DNA of 64,000 nt from a virus (taxonomy: Duplodnaviria > Caudoviricetes), in IMG/VR virus record IMGVR_UViG_3300034052_000013, positions 1-64,000 of that record. One strand, written 5' to 3'. A program made the translations under genes and the position numbers. Shown here piece after piece: positions 1-9,651 of the stretch (positions within the stretch are counted from its first letter, which is position 1; every line of letters starts with the position of its first letter). The notes beneath the pieces were generated by a model. It did not search any database, had not been told where the DNA came from, and was given only the letters and a program-made list of their open reading frames with translations.

Positions 1-1
1 G

Positions 2-223
2 TCTTGGAAGAAGATTTTAGAAGAAAGATTAAAAGACCATGCAAATGGTGCGATTGAAGTTGCCTCGATAGGAGAAGGAGTAACTTTTGTTAAAGAAGGG
101 GATAAAGTTTTAACTGCAAATTTTGCAAGATTAGAACTTATCTACAGAGAAATAGAAGGTCAAGAGTACCCAAATTGCTTTTGGATTTCTAGAGAAGCTG
201 AAATACTTTTAAAAAGTAAGTAA
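2..223 (+). CDS. GroES/Cpn10-like co-chaperonin, 5' truncated by window edge
   Basis: Not in ORF track. Frame 2 translates ...AIEVASIGEGVTFVKEGDKVL...SREAEILLKSK* (TAA 221-223), resembling the GroES 'V.A.G.G...VK.GDKV' strand pattern. Confidence 0.6.
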   Translation, partial: SWKKILEERLKDHANGAIEVASIGEGVTFVKEGDKVLTANFARLELIYREIEGQEYPNCFWISREAEILLKSK

Positions 224-224
224 G

Positions 225-641
225 ATGGGTAGGAGAGAGAAAGAGACTATAGGTTCAATTCAGAAACAGTTTGTTGTAGAGAGTGCTTCTTCGGAAGCAT
301 TCTTTATGACATTCTTAACTGGATTGAACTCTATTTGTGATCTTGTCAGACCATCAGATGTCAAGTTATTAGCATTATTATGTAATGTTGCTAACCCTGA
401 TACAGGTGTTGTATCTATGACAGCTAAGGTTAGACTTGAGTTTTTAAAAATACTCTCTATAACTACACAGTCTTTATCTAATTCATTACAACGACTACGA
501 GAAGCAGATTTAATAGAAGGTGAAAGAGGGGATTTTGAAATCCACCCAGAAACATTCTGGAGAGGTTCTCTAGAAGATAGAAGAGTTCTATTAAAAGAGA
601 TGTCTGCTGATTTAGCGTTAAATTATAGGAGGTCAGAATGA
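225..641 (+). CDS. RepL-like winged-helix DNA-binding protein
   Basis: HTH (ITTQSLSNSLQRLREADLI) followed by FEIHPETFWRG, like the RepL 'Y.INP..FW.G' wing. RepL-like genes occur near terL in crAss-like phages. Confidence 0.6.
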   Translation: MGRREKETIGSIQKQFVVESASSEAFFMTFLTGLNSICDLVRPSDVKLLALLCNVANPDTGVVSMTAKVRLEFLKILSITTQSLSNSLQRLREADLIEGERGDFEIHPETFWRGSLEDRRVLLKEMSADLALNYRRSE

Positions 642-997
642 AAGATGTATTCACTACCAGAGCAAATGAAGCTGGTGTTATAGACGCATATTTAAAACTT
701 TTTAATGGTGGCTTAAAACTTACTGATAAGGAGTTTGCTATTATGAAGTTCTTTGTTACTTTACAAGTTTCTTATATGAGGGATGGTGTAAAGGAACCTT
801 ATTTATCTGAATTGTTATTCTCTCCAAAGACTTTAAAACAAGTTAAAACAGAGCTAGACATTTCAAAACAAAATTGGAATAATTATAAACAAAAACTGCA
901 GGATAAGAAAGTGTTTCTTAACCTAGATGGTTACTTAACTGTTAATCCTGTATTAATACCAAGACCAGAAATAACTTTTAAATTTGAACTTATATGA
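638..997 (+). CDS. winged-helix DNA-binding protein, possible RepL-like paralogue
   Basis: ISKQNWNNYKQKLQDKKVF...LTVNPVLIP has an HTH+wing pattern; ATGA-coupled to the previous gene. Confidence 0.4.
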   Translation: MKDVFTTRANEAGVIDAYLKLFNGGLKLTDKEFAIMKFFVTLQVSYMRDGVKEPYLSELLFSPKTLKQVKTELDISKQNWNNYKQKLQDKKVFLNLDGYLTVNPVLIPRPEITFKFELI

Positions 998-1383
998 GTT
1001 TTACAGATATTAAAAAAATTAACCAACGTAGAAAAACTAGTTGGGATAGAGAAAGACAAAGTCAAATTGCTTTCTTTAGAAAGAAGTTAGAAGAACATGA
1101 AGCTAAAAAACCTCAGTATGATATTAATGAAACTGATGAGGAAAAACAGCAACAAACAATAAAAGCAATACAAGCTTGGGCTACAAGTTATGGAGTGTTA
1201 ATTAGAAAATTAGGAGATTTAGGTTATGGGTTTGAGAGAGATAGTGAAAGGTTACACAAACAGTCTGCTGAATCAGGTCAACTTGCTAGACAGCAACTTG
1301 AAGAGCAAGGCTCAGTTACGATTGGAGATTTGCAAATTGTGCCCGATTCTAGTGAAGAAAACCAACAAGTGCGACAAGAGTAA
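994..1383 (+). CDS. hypothetical protein (3' part overlaps next gene)
   Basis: 129-aa ORF coupled to the upstream stop; no recognisable motif. Confidence 0.5.
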   Translation: MSFTDIKKINQRRKTSWDRERQSQIAFFRKKLEEHEAKKPQYDINETDEEKQQQTIKAIQAWATSYGVLIRKLGDLGYGFERDSERLHKQSAESGQLARQQLEEQGSVTIGDLQIVPDSSEENQQVRQE

Positions 1384-1456
1384 AGGTGGGTGTGATTGTT
1401 ATGTTCATAAAAAAGTGTTTTGTGAAGAGTGTAAATGTCCTTTAAATAAGTGGTAG
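1226..1456 (+). CDS. small Cys-rich (Zn-binding) protein
   Basis: RLEICKLCP...C..SKGGCDC...K..CEECKCPLNKW, a Cys-rich pattern ending CP..KW that is common in phage genomes. Confidence 0.7.
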   Translation: MGLREIVKGYTNSLLNQVNLLDSNLKSKAQLRLEICKLCPILVKKTNKCDKSKGGCDCYVHKKVFCEECKCPLNKW

Positions 1457-1457
1457 T

Positions 1458-1736
1458 ATGAAGATAAGTTGGAAACAAATAGTTGCAGGGGTTAAAATGT
1501 TATGGTGGGTTGGTTCTAAAGTAAAAACTTTAGTAAAAGATTCTCAAACATATAGTTTAATTGTGTATGACCTCAACAACCGTGTCTATAGTGTAGACAA
1601 TACATATAAAACTTATAATGAAGCTTTTGATATGATTAAAAGATATTGTCCACAAGATGCTGAATTTACTTTTAGTAATGATGACATAGTGTGTAGTACA
1701 ACAGGTAGAAAATTCTCAATTAAACTAAAAATATGA
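1458..1736 (+). CDS. hypothetical protein
   Basis: 92-aa ORF tightly packed in the operon. Confidence 0.6.
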   Translation: MKISWKQIVAGVKMLWWVGSKVKTLVKDSQTYSLIVYDLNNRVYSVDNTYKTYNEAFDMIKRYCPQDAEFTFSNDDIVCSTTGRKFSIKLKI

Positions 1737-2308
1737 AAATAGTTGAAACATTTAATCCAGATGTTAATTTCTGGAACGAACATATACAACTGGCTGCAGC
1801 TGGACCTGTTAAAAAACTCTATGATGAAGATGCTTCAAAGAAAAAAGAAGTGTCTTCTAAATTAATGTGGTGTATTGTCCTTATTTGGGATAGAAATTCT
1901 AAATTCTACAATCTTCCTGAGGAAGATAAAATACAAACCATTTTTATAGATTATTACGGGTCTTTAAAAGCTTTTGAAAAATCTCGTAATATTATTTTAG
2001 AGATTAGAGATTTTTATTTAAAATTACAAGAAACACCTGCTCTGAGGAGTTTAAGAGAAATCGAACAAAAGATAGAAGAACGTACAAGATTTATTCGGAC
2101 AACTAATTACACTTTAGGAACTCCTACAGAGAAAGGTACTTGGGTTGGAGGTACAGCTATTATTATAGATAATATGTTAGCCAATTCTAAAAAGATTTAT
2201 GAACTATATGAACAAGCTATTAAACTTGTAGATTTAGAAAGAGGTCAAAAAGAGACTCGTGTTAAAGGTGGAGGTAATTTAAGTTTAACAGATGAAGAAA
2301 AGATATGA
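1733..2308 (+). CDS. conserved phage protein, candidate terminase small subunit
   Basis: Helical 191-aa protein two genes upstream of terL, ending RVKGGGNLSLTDEEKI. The TerS role is positional inference only. Confidence 0.35.
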   Translation: MKIVETFNPDVNFWNEHIQLAAAGPVKKLYDEDASKKKEVSSKLMWCIVLIWDRNSKFYNLPEEDKIQTIFIDYYGSLKAFEKSRNIILEIRDFYLKLQETPALRSLREIEQKIEERTRFIRTTNYTLGTPTEKGTWVGGTAIIIDNMLANSKKIYELYEQAIKLVDLERGQKETRVKGGGNLSLTDEEKI

Positions 2309-2505
2309 TAAAGAATTATGATATACTTGTAAAACTATCTGAAAAATATAAACTACCTATTAGTGTAGTGCAAGATATTTGTAGATCTCAATTTGATTAT
2401 GTGAAAGATAGTATTGAAGAAGGTTTAGAGAAAGATATTTTACTATCTTTTTTAGGTAAGTTTAAATTTTGTAAAAAGAAAGATGAAGAAGATCAAAAGG
2501 AATAA
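2305..2505 (+). CDS. HU/IHF-like DNA-binding protein
   Basis: Two helices then ILLSFLGKF, matching the HU/IHF 'V.L.gFG.F' motif; typical position upstream of terL in crAss-like phages. Confidence 0.6.
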   Translation: MIKNYDILVKLSEKYKLPISVVQDICRSQFDYVKDSIEEGLEKDILLSFLGKFKFCKKKDEEDQKE

Positions 2506-5500
2506 TGAAGCAAAATATGTTGATGAACATAAACATGAAAAGTTTGTGTCTAATAAACATTTTATTCATGATATAGAAATTCATAACCCACTATCATTAC
2601 AGTATCAAAGGTATTGGAAAGACCTTAAACGTAGGTGTATAGAAGGTTATTGGTATGAGGGTAAATGGATGCCTGGTAATTTATATTTCTATGTTAACTT
2701 TTGGAAAATACGTTTAAATAAAGATAATAATTCTAAAAGTAAAATTGTAGCTAGACCATTCTTAAGAGATTTAGAATGGGAGAAAGCTTATGTTTTTGCT
2801 GAAGCTAAAGGTTTTTCAGGTTTTAAAGATGATACAGAATACACTTGCCACAGATTAGTAGAATATCTAAATAAAAATCCTGAACAAAAATCTTTATATA
2901 ATATTCCAGAAGATTGTTTTAAACCTAATGGAGAGTTTAAGAAATATAAAGACGCTCGTAAATATTTAAGAGAAATTAAAAGTAAAAATTTAGGGAAACC
3001 TCTTTATCATAACGCTGCTCAGAATGTCATAGACATTGAAAGTCGTGGTGGTGGAAAGAGTTTCTGGGCTGCAGGTGGTTTAGTTGCACATAATTTTCTA
3101 ATGGATGGTGCAATAGATTATGATGAATTATTTGCAGGACTTTCTAATGGTAATCGTATGTCATCTGAAACTTTAGTAGGTGCAATTGATGGGGCATATT
3201 CTCGAGATTTATTAAACAAAGTTCAATTAGGTTTTGACGAATTAGTTGGGGAACAAATGTTTCAGGGAGAAACTTACCCTTCTCCTTTTAAAAAGGAGTA
3301 TAATGGGTCTTGGTTTTCAGGTAAGCAATTTATTGAAGCTAAGGTAGATAAATTTGTAGGGGGTAAATGGAAACGTGTAGGGTCTGGTTCAATTGTGCAC
3401 CACAGGTCTTTTAATGACGACCCTTTTGCTGGTAACGGTACAAGACCTTCTTTAAGTGTTTTAGAAGAGGTTGGTTTCTTTCATAATTTAAAAGAATCTT
3501 TAGGTGCGATGAAAGATACTACATATAATGGACCTAATAAGTTTGGTATTATTTATATGATGGGTACTGGTGGTAATATGCAAGGAGGTTCTTCTGAAGC
3601 AGCTATGGAAGTTTTTAATAATCCTAAAGAATTTGATTGTCTTTGTTTTGAAGATGAGTGGGAAGATTCTGGAGATATAGGATTCTTTATACCTTATGAA
3701 AAAACTTTAAATGAGTATAAAGATGAAGAAGGTAACACTCAATGGGACAGGGCGATACACTATGTTGATATAAAAAGAGAAGCTTTACGTAAAGGTAAAT
3801 CTAAGAAACCTTTATATGATGAAATGCAAAATAACCCTAGACTTCCTTCTGAAGCTTTCTTAGTTTTAAATGCAAATATCTTTCCAGTTGGGGAGCTTAA
3901 AGAACAATTAGGTTGGGTACAGTCTAATCAACATGATGCTTTTGTAAAAGGTGAGTGCGGTAAACTTTTATGGGAAACTGTAGATGGACAATTAAAAATT
4001 AAATGGAAACCTGATTTACATGAAGAATTAAAACCTTGTCATTATAAAATGAAAAGGGGTGAAGACACTACAGGCTGTATTCAAATATGGGAACACCCAC
4101 AATACACAAATGGACAAATACCTTATGGGCTATATATCTCAGGTTGTTTACCTCCAGGAGAAAAAGTAATGACAGATAAAGGTCTTCTTAAAATAGAAGA
4201 AGTTACAGAGACTGAAAAACTTTATAGTATTGATGGTAATCAAACAAATATAGAAGCTTTTACAAGATATGAAGTGCAAGAAGAGGATTTATATAAACTG
4301 AAGGTATCTAATACGTACAGAACTACAACTTTTACTAAAGAACACCCTATCTATGCTAGTCTTCCTATTGTAAAATATAGAGGACTTAAAAAAAGAGGGG
4401 AAGGTTTCAAACAGGCTTATAAAACTTTTAACTTTGATTTTATAAAAGCAGAAGATTTAACACTTAACCATTGGGTTAAAGTTCCTAACATATACAGGGA
4501 GGAAAAGGAAATAGATTTAAACTTGTGGAAGAATGATTCTAGGTGTGATAGAAATGTAGAAAACCCTTTAACACAAGAAGATTTTTGGTGGTTTGTTGGT
4601 CTATTCTTAGGAGATGGTTGGACTGAATCTAATGGTCATAATATTTACATAGTTTTTGACATAAAAAATAAACAATCTTTAGAAAAGTTTAGAAGAATTA
4701 TTAAAACACTATTTAATAGAAGTTTTTACGAAAGGGTTAGAAAGAATTCTGTTGAGGTTTCCTTTTCCTGTTTAGAATTGAAAAACTTTCTAGATGAGAA
4801 TTTTGGCAAAGGTGCTGTAGGTAAATGTGTACCTGAATGGGTTAAAAGGTTACATGCAAATTTTAAAATGCAATTAGTGTCAGGGTACATAAACTCAGAC
4901 GGTTGTGTTACAAAATCAGGAAAATATTATACGACAGAGTTTGTAAGTATTAACCTAGAGTTATTAGAATCTTTTCAAGACATATTGTTTTCTATAGGTA
5001 TCGTTTCAAACTTAACCCTTTTACGTAAAGAGGGGAAAAGTATTATAGCAAATAAAGAAATTAATCAACAAGAAGCTTATCATCTTAGATTAAGTACTTA
5101 CGACACTAAGGTTTTATGTAAACACATTATAGACAATGAAAAATTAAACATTATACCTCAACAATATTTAGACAGTGTGAATTTAAAAAGGTATAATAGA
5201 AATTGTTATCTTGAAGAAGATTTAAGCTTTATCTACTTTAAAATCACTAATATAGAAAGAAGTAAATATACAGGTACAGTTTACAGTTTTAAAACAAAGG
5301 ATGATACTTTTATGTGTCACCACATACCTACACACAATACTGACCCTTACGACCAAGATAATGCAGATTCTTCTACATCTTTAGGTTCTACTTTTATATA
5401 TAAGACTTTTATGACATCTGATGGTATTTATGATTGGGTAGTTGCTGAGTACACTGCACGTCCTGGCACAGCCAATGAACATCACGAGAATGTTAGAAAA

Positions 5501-5944
5501 CTTTTAACTTATTATAATGCATTAGATTTATATGAGAATGAGAGAAATACTTTAAAAATGCACTTTGAGCATCACCACTCTTTACACCTATTAGCAAAAA
5601 CACCTACTATACTTAAAGCTACAGAGGGGTCTAAGGTACAACGTCAATATGGAATACATATGACAGAACATATTAAAGATGAGTTAGAAATATATTTACG
5701 AGATTGGTTATGTGAGGAACGTACAGATGGGAGGTTAAATTTACACATGATATACTCTCCTGCTTTACTACAAGAATTAATATACTACAATAGAAAAACC
5801 AACTCAGATAGGGGTATCGCTTTAATGTTAGTTATTTGTCATAAGTTACAAAACTTTCATTTGAAGGTAGAAGATATTAAACAAGAAGCTTTTGTAAATG
5901 ACCCTTTTTTACAAAGAGCATTTAAAGGTCAATTTTTTCGATGA
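2483..5944 (+). CDS. terL: terminase large subunit, interrupted by an intein
   Basis: Walker A ESRGGGKS, Walker B VLEEVG, nuclease motif YISG|TDPYD split by the intein, C-terminal NSDRGIAL; directly upstream of portal. Confidence 0.93.
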   Translation: MKKIKRNNEAKYVDEHKHEKFVSNKHFIHDIEIHNPLSLQYQRYWKDLKRRCIEGYWYEGKWMPGNLYFYVNFWKIRLNKDNNSKSKIVARPFLRDLEWEKAYVFAEAKGFSGFKDDTEYTCHRLVEYLNKNPEQKSLYNIPEDCFKPNGEFKKYKDARKYLREIKSKNLGKPLYHNAAQNVIDIESRGGGKSFWAAGGLVAHNFLMDGAIDYDELFAGLSNGNRMSSETLVGAIDGAYSRDLLNKVQLGFDELVGEQMFQGETYPSPFKKEYNGSWFSGKQFIEAKVDKFVGGKWKRVGSGSIVHHRSFNDDPFAGNGTRPSLSVLEEVGFFHNLKESLGAMKDTTYNGPNKFGIIYMMGTGGNMQGGSSEAAMEVFNNPKEFDCLCFEDEWEDSGDIGFFIPYEKTLNEYKDEEGNTQWDRAIHYVDIKREALRKGKSKKPLYDEMQNNPRLPSEAFLVLNANIFPVGELKEQLGWVQSNQHDAFVKGECGKLLWETVDGQLKIKWKPDLHEELKPCHYKMKRGEDTTGCIQIWEHPQYTNGQIPYGLYISGCLPPGEKVMTDKGLLKIEEVTETEKLYSIDGNQTNIEAFTRYEVQEEDLYKLKVSNTYRTTTFTKEHPIYASLPIVKYRGLKKRGEGFKQAYKTFNFDFIKAEDLTLNHWVKVPNIYREEKEIDLNLWKNDSRCDRNVENPLTQEDFWWFVGLFLGDGWTESNGHNIYIVFDIKNKQSLEKFRRIIKTLFNRSFYERVRKNSVEVSFSCLELKNFLDENFGKGAVGKCVPEWVKRLHANFKMQLVSGYINSDGCVTKSGKYYTTEFVSINLELLESFQDILFSIGIVSNLTLLRKEGKSIIANKEINQQEAYHLRLSTYDTKVLCKHIIDNEKLNIIPQQYLDSVNLKRYNRNCYLEEDLSFIYFKITNIERSKYTGTVYSFKTKDDTFMCHHIPTHNTDPYDQDNADSSTSLGSTFIYKTFMTSDGIYDWVVAEYTARPGTANEHHENVRKLLTYYNALDLYENERNTLKMHFEHHHSLHLLAKTPTILKATEGSKVQRQYGIHMTEHIKDELEIYLRDWLCEERTDGRLNLHMIYSPALLQELIYYNRKTNSDRGIALMLVICHKLQNFHLKVEDIKQEAFVNDPFLQRAFKGQFFR
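4145..5338 (+). mobile_element. intein (398 aa) with LAGLIDADG homing endonuclease
   Basis: Starts CLPPGEKVMTDKG (block A), contains TKEHPIY (block B), LAGLIDADG motifs FVGLFLGDGW and VSGYINSDGC, ends IPTHN; the +1 extein residue is Thr. Confidence 0.93.
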
Positions 5945-5962
5945 AATATAAAATTATTTGCG

Positions 5963-5970
5963 TATATTTG
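5963..5970 (+). promoter_or_regulatory. Bacteroidota-type -7 promoter element TATATTTG
   Basis: Matches TAnnTTTG; intergenic, 20 nt before the portal ATG (5991). Confidence 0.7.
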
Positions 5971-5990
5971 TAAAATTAAATATCGTTACT

Positions 5991-8423
5991 ATGAGTAATA
6001 ACACTTTTTATAATAATTATCTTTACACTACACTGCCTGCACAAAAGGTTCCTGAAAGTGAAAAAAATGAAGATTGGGGTAAACGTTGTGTAACAGCAAT
6101 ATGTTCTATGGGTACTAACAGAATGTCTAATGGACGTAGTACCTGGAGTCATAAACAAGTTAACTATGATTTAGTTAATTCTATTATTGATGAGAGAGAT
6201 TTTGAATTAGTATTAAACCCTTATGGTTTAAGAGAAAAACCAGGGGCACAACCTTCAAAATTACGCTCTTTAAATGTAATAGCTTCAAAGATAAACCTAT
6301 TAAAAGGTGAAGAGATGTTACGTCCTTTTAAACATTTTGTAATGGGTGTTGGAGGGGAGGTTGTAAATGAGAAGGATCAACGTAAAAAAGAAATGATGCT
6401 AGAAGCTGTCAAAAATGAGATAGCTAAACAACTGGGAATATCGTTAGAACCTCAAACAGACCCTCAGACAGGAGAACAACTTCCACCTCCAACTTTTGAA
6501 TCTGTTGAAAAGTATTCCAGACATTCTCTACGAGATATTAGAGAGCAATGGGGTAATGATATTCTAGACTATCTTTCTCATAAAGAGAATATTAAAATGA
6601 AATTTAATGAGGGTTGGGAACACGGTCTTATTGCTGCAGAAGAAATTTATTATGTAGGTATTTCTAATGGAACTGTTAAACTACGTACATGTAACCCTTT
6701 AAATTGTGAATTTGATAGAAACCCTGATAACCCTTGGATACAAGATGGTGATTGGTTTAAAGAAGATAGATGGATGTCTAAAGGACAAATTATAGATGAG
6801 TATGGAGATTTACTTACTTCAGAACAATTAGATGTTTTAGATAAGTATGGAACTAAAGCTGGTTTAACAAACCAAATGTTTCCAGGGTATGGTTATAATC
6901 AAGAAGATGTATCTTATTATGGAAAATCTAAATTCTCTAATACACATTTCCTTGTTTCTCATGTTGTTTGGAGATCTTTAAAAGGTGTTGTATTTTTATC
7001 TTATCCTGATGAAAATGGTGAAATGCAAGAAAGTGTTGTAGATTCAACATTTAAACTCACACCTGAATTAAAAGCTCAAGGTTTTAAAGCTGAGAAACGT
7101 TGGATAGAAGATATTTGGCATGGTACTAAAATCGGTCAAGATATTTATATAGGTGTGGAACCTCTTCCAAATCAAGTTAGAAGCATGGATAATCCTTATC
7201 ATGCTCCACTACCTTATGTAGGGAGAGTTTACAACTCAACTAATTCTTTCCAAACATCGTTTGTAGATTTAATTAAACCTCATCAATATTTATATATTAT
7301 AACATGGTTTAGATTAGAAGCTGAAATAGCTAAAGCTAAAGGTAAGAAGATGGTATTCGATTTAGCTCAACTCCCTCGTTCAGAAGGTTTTGATTTAGAG
7401 AAGTGGATGTACTTTTTTGATAATGTCGGTCTCGCTGTTATAAATTCTTTTGAAGAAGGTAAAGGTAAGTTCCAAGGTCAAACTTCAAACTTTAATCAAT
7501 TCCAAGCTATAGACATGACATTGTCTCAATCTATCCAACAATATATATCTATTATGGATAAGATTGAAGATACTATTAATAAGATAGTTGGTATAACACC
7601 TCAAAGAGAAGGTGCTATTCATCAATCAGAAACTGTTGGTGGAGTACAACGTGCAGTAGCAAATTCTTCATTAATTACAGAACCTTGGTTTTATATACAC
7701 AATGAAGTTAAACGAGAAGTTTTAACACAGATGTTAGAATGCTCTAAATTTGCTTTTCCTAAAAATAAGAAAGTTCATAATATTATAGACGGTGTAGAAA
7801 AAGTGTTTGTAGATTTAGACATGGAGAAATTTTCAGATTCAGATTATTCTGTATTTGTAACAGACTCTACACAAGAACATAACACATTCCAGAAATTAGA
7901 AGGTTTAGCACAACAAGCTTTAGCAGCAGGTGCTGTGTCATATTCAGATATAATAAAACTATATAAAGCTAAATCTGTTGGAGAACTTTCACATCTTATT
8001 GAAGAATCTGAAGCTAAACGTCAAGACCAAGCTCAAGCTCAACAACAAGCTCAACAACAAATGCAGCAACAACAAATACAAGCTCAAGCTGCAGAGAAAC
8101 AAGCTGACAGAGTTTTCACAGCAGAGCAAAATCAATTAGATAGAGAGACTGATATTAGAAGAGCCGTAATAAGTGCAACTTCTTTTGACACAGATACTCA
8201 AGGTTCTGGGGAGTTAGAGGCTATAAAATATGGAGAACTATCTCTTAAACAAATGGACTCTATGCAAAAGAATCAACAAGAGTCTAATAAGTTAAGTCAT
8301 GATGCTAATGAACGAGCAAAAGATAGAGCTTTAAAAGAAAAAGAGATCCAATCTAAAGAGAAAATAGAAGAGTTAAAAGCTAAAGTTTCATTAAAAAATC
8401 CTGTTTCAGGTGAGAAAAAATAA
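5991..8423 (+). CDS. portal protein
   Basis: ~810 aa between terL and the scaffold/MCP genes. crAss-type motifs (LPYVGRVYN, SFVDLIKPHQYLY, GITPQREG) and a Q-rich C-terminal tail. ATG 5991 is preferred over the TTG at 5958. Confidence 0.88.
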   Translation: MSNNTFYNNYLYTTLPAQKVPESEKNEDWGKRCVTAICSMGTNRMSNGRSTWSHKQVNYDLVNSIIDERDFELVLNPYGLREKPGAQPSKLRSLNVIASKINLLKGEEMLRPFKHFVMGVGGEVVNEKDQRKKEMMLEAVKNEIAKQLGISLEPQTDPQTGEQLPPPTFESVEKYSRHSLRDIREQWGNDILDYLSHKENIKMKFNEGWEHGLIAAEEIYYVGISNGTVKLRTCNPLNCEFDRNPDNPWIQDGDWFKEDRWMSKGQIIDEYGDLLTSEQLDVLDKYGTKAGLTNQMFPGYGYNQEDVSYYGKSKFSNTHFLVSHVVWRSLKGVVFLSYPDENGEMQESVVDSTFKLTPELKAQGFKAEKRWIEDIWHGTKIGQDIYIGVEPLPNQVRSMDNPYHAPLPYVGRVYNSTNSFQTSFVDLIKPHQYLYIITWFRLEAEIAKAKGKKMVFDLAQLPRSEGFDLEKWMYFFDNVGLAVINSFEEGKGKFQGQTSNFNQFQAIDMTLSQSIQQYISIMDKIEDTINKIVGITPQREGAIHQSETVGGVQRAVANSSLITEPWFYIHNEVKREVLTQMLECSKFAFPKNKKVHNIIDGVEKVFVDLDMEKFSDSDYSVFVTDSTQEHNTFQKLEGLAQQALAAGAVSYSDIIKLYKAKSVGELSHLIEESEAKRQDQAQAQQQAQQQMQQQQIQAQAAEKQADRVFTAEQNQLDRETDIRRAVISATSFDTDTQGSGELEAIKYGELSLKQMDSMQKNQQESNKLSHDANERAKDRALKEKEIQSKEKIEELKAKVSLKNPVSGEKK

Positions 8424-8530
8424 AGTCAGTGGCGAGTAATTTTACCTAAACTCTATAACGAATAGAAAAAATCTTACTATGGTACACTTTTTTTGTGTAC
8501 TTTTAAATAAAAATGTATTAAATTTGTGAT

Positions 8531-9628
8531 ATGGGAAAGAAAGAAAATCAAGAAGAAAACAACTTCTTAGATATGTGGGGTGTAAGCTCTACAATGTTTA
8601 AGAGTGAAGACGGTTCAGTTGAAGAGGTTGACGAAACCGTATTAAAGACTGTAGATGGAAAGGAACAGATAGATGAGATACCTGAGCCACCAAAAGCAGA
8701 AGAAGAGTTGGAAGAACCTATAAAGGCCACTCCTCCTAAAACAGAAAAAATTAACAAAGAAGAAACTTCAGAGGAAGTTCCCGAATTTTTAGGTTTAATA
8801 GAAAGTCTTGCAGATGTTCTAGCAATAGATGACGAGAAAGAATATGAACCAAATACGGAAGGTTTGAAAGTGTTGATAAAAGATACAGCTGAAAAAGCAG
8901 GTCGTGAAGCTTTAAACAATTTTAAAACAAATCTTGGAGAACGTGAAAAATTCTTTATGGAAGTTTTAGAAAAAGGTGGAACCATTGAAGATGCTTTAAG
9001 TTTTGCTGAACAAGTTGATTATTCTACAGTAGCTTTAACTGATAATAAAGGTTCTGATATAGAAAGGAATCAATTGAACTTAGTAGCTGACTGGATGAAG
9101 ATTCAAGGTTTTGACCAGGAAGATATTGATGAGAAGTTAGAAGATTTAAAAACTACTAACCTTTTACATAAAGAAGCTAAATTGTCTCAGAAGAAATTAA
9201 TTCAATGGCAAGAGAGTGAATATGAAAAATTCAATAAAGAAAAAGAGGAAAAACTTGAAAAAGAGAAAGCTGAACAAATAAAAGCTGATGCTGAGTTTAA
9301 AGATAAAGTTCTTAAAACTACAGAGATTGCAGGTTTTAAAATTTCATCTAAAGATGCTCAAGAGTTATATGATTATATAACTAAACCTGTCTCTAAAGAT
9401 GGTAAAACTAAGTTTGCAAAAGAAGATTCAGAAGAAGGTAGATTATTGTATGCTTATTTTAGAATGAAAGGTTTTGATAAAGAAAAATTATCTAAAGAGA
9501 TAACAACTAAAAACACAATCAAGCTTAAACAAGTTTTATCTAATTATCAAGATACAAACACAAGAACAAGAACGTCTCAAGAGATGAGAAGAAATGTAGA
9601 ATCATTAAACATCCCTTGGTCAATATAA
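8531..9628 (+). CDS. putative capsid scaffolding/assembly protein
   Basis: Acidic, coiled-coil-rich protein immediately upstream of MCP, as in crAss-like gene order. Confidence 0.6.
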   Translation: MGKKENQEENNFLDMWGVSSTMFKSEDGSVEEVDETVLKTVDGKEQIDEIPEPPKAEEELEEPIKATPPKTEKINKEETSEEVPEFLGLIESLADVLAIDDEKEYEPNTEGLKVLIKDTAEKAGREALNNFKTNLGEREKFFMEVLEKGGTIEDALSFAEQVDYSTVALTDNKGSDIERNQLNLVADWMKIQGFDQEDIDEKLEDLKTTNLLHKEAKLSQKKLIQWQESEYEKFNKEKEEKLEKEKAEQIKADAEFKDKVLKTTEIAGFKISSKDAQELYDYITKPVSKDGKTKFAKEDSEEGRLLYAYFRMKGFDKEKLSKEITTKNTIKLKQVLSNYQDTNTRTRTSQEMRRNVESLNIPWSI

Positions 9629-9651
9629 CAAAGTCTAAAATGTAATTAAAT

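Noticed and set aside
8022-8090. GCTCAA/CAACAA short tandem repeats
   Set aside because: They encode the Gln/Ala-rich portal tail; ordinary low-complexity coding.
8436-8450. GTAATTTTACCT resembles the sequence at 59445-59460(-)
   Set aside because: Short AT-rich similarity with only two copies; likely coincidence.
8482-8526. GTACAC-T7-GTGTAC hairpin and TAAATTTG before the scaffold gene
   Set aside because: The stem is weak and the motif is only 4 nt from the ATG; a regulatory role cannot be supported.
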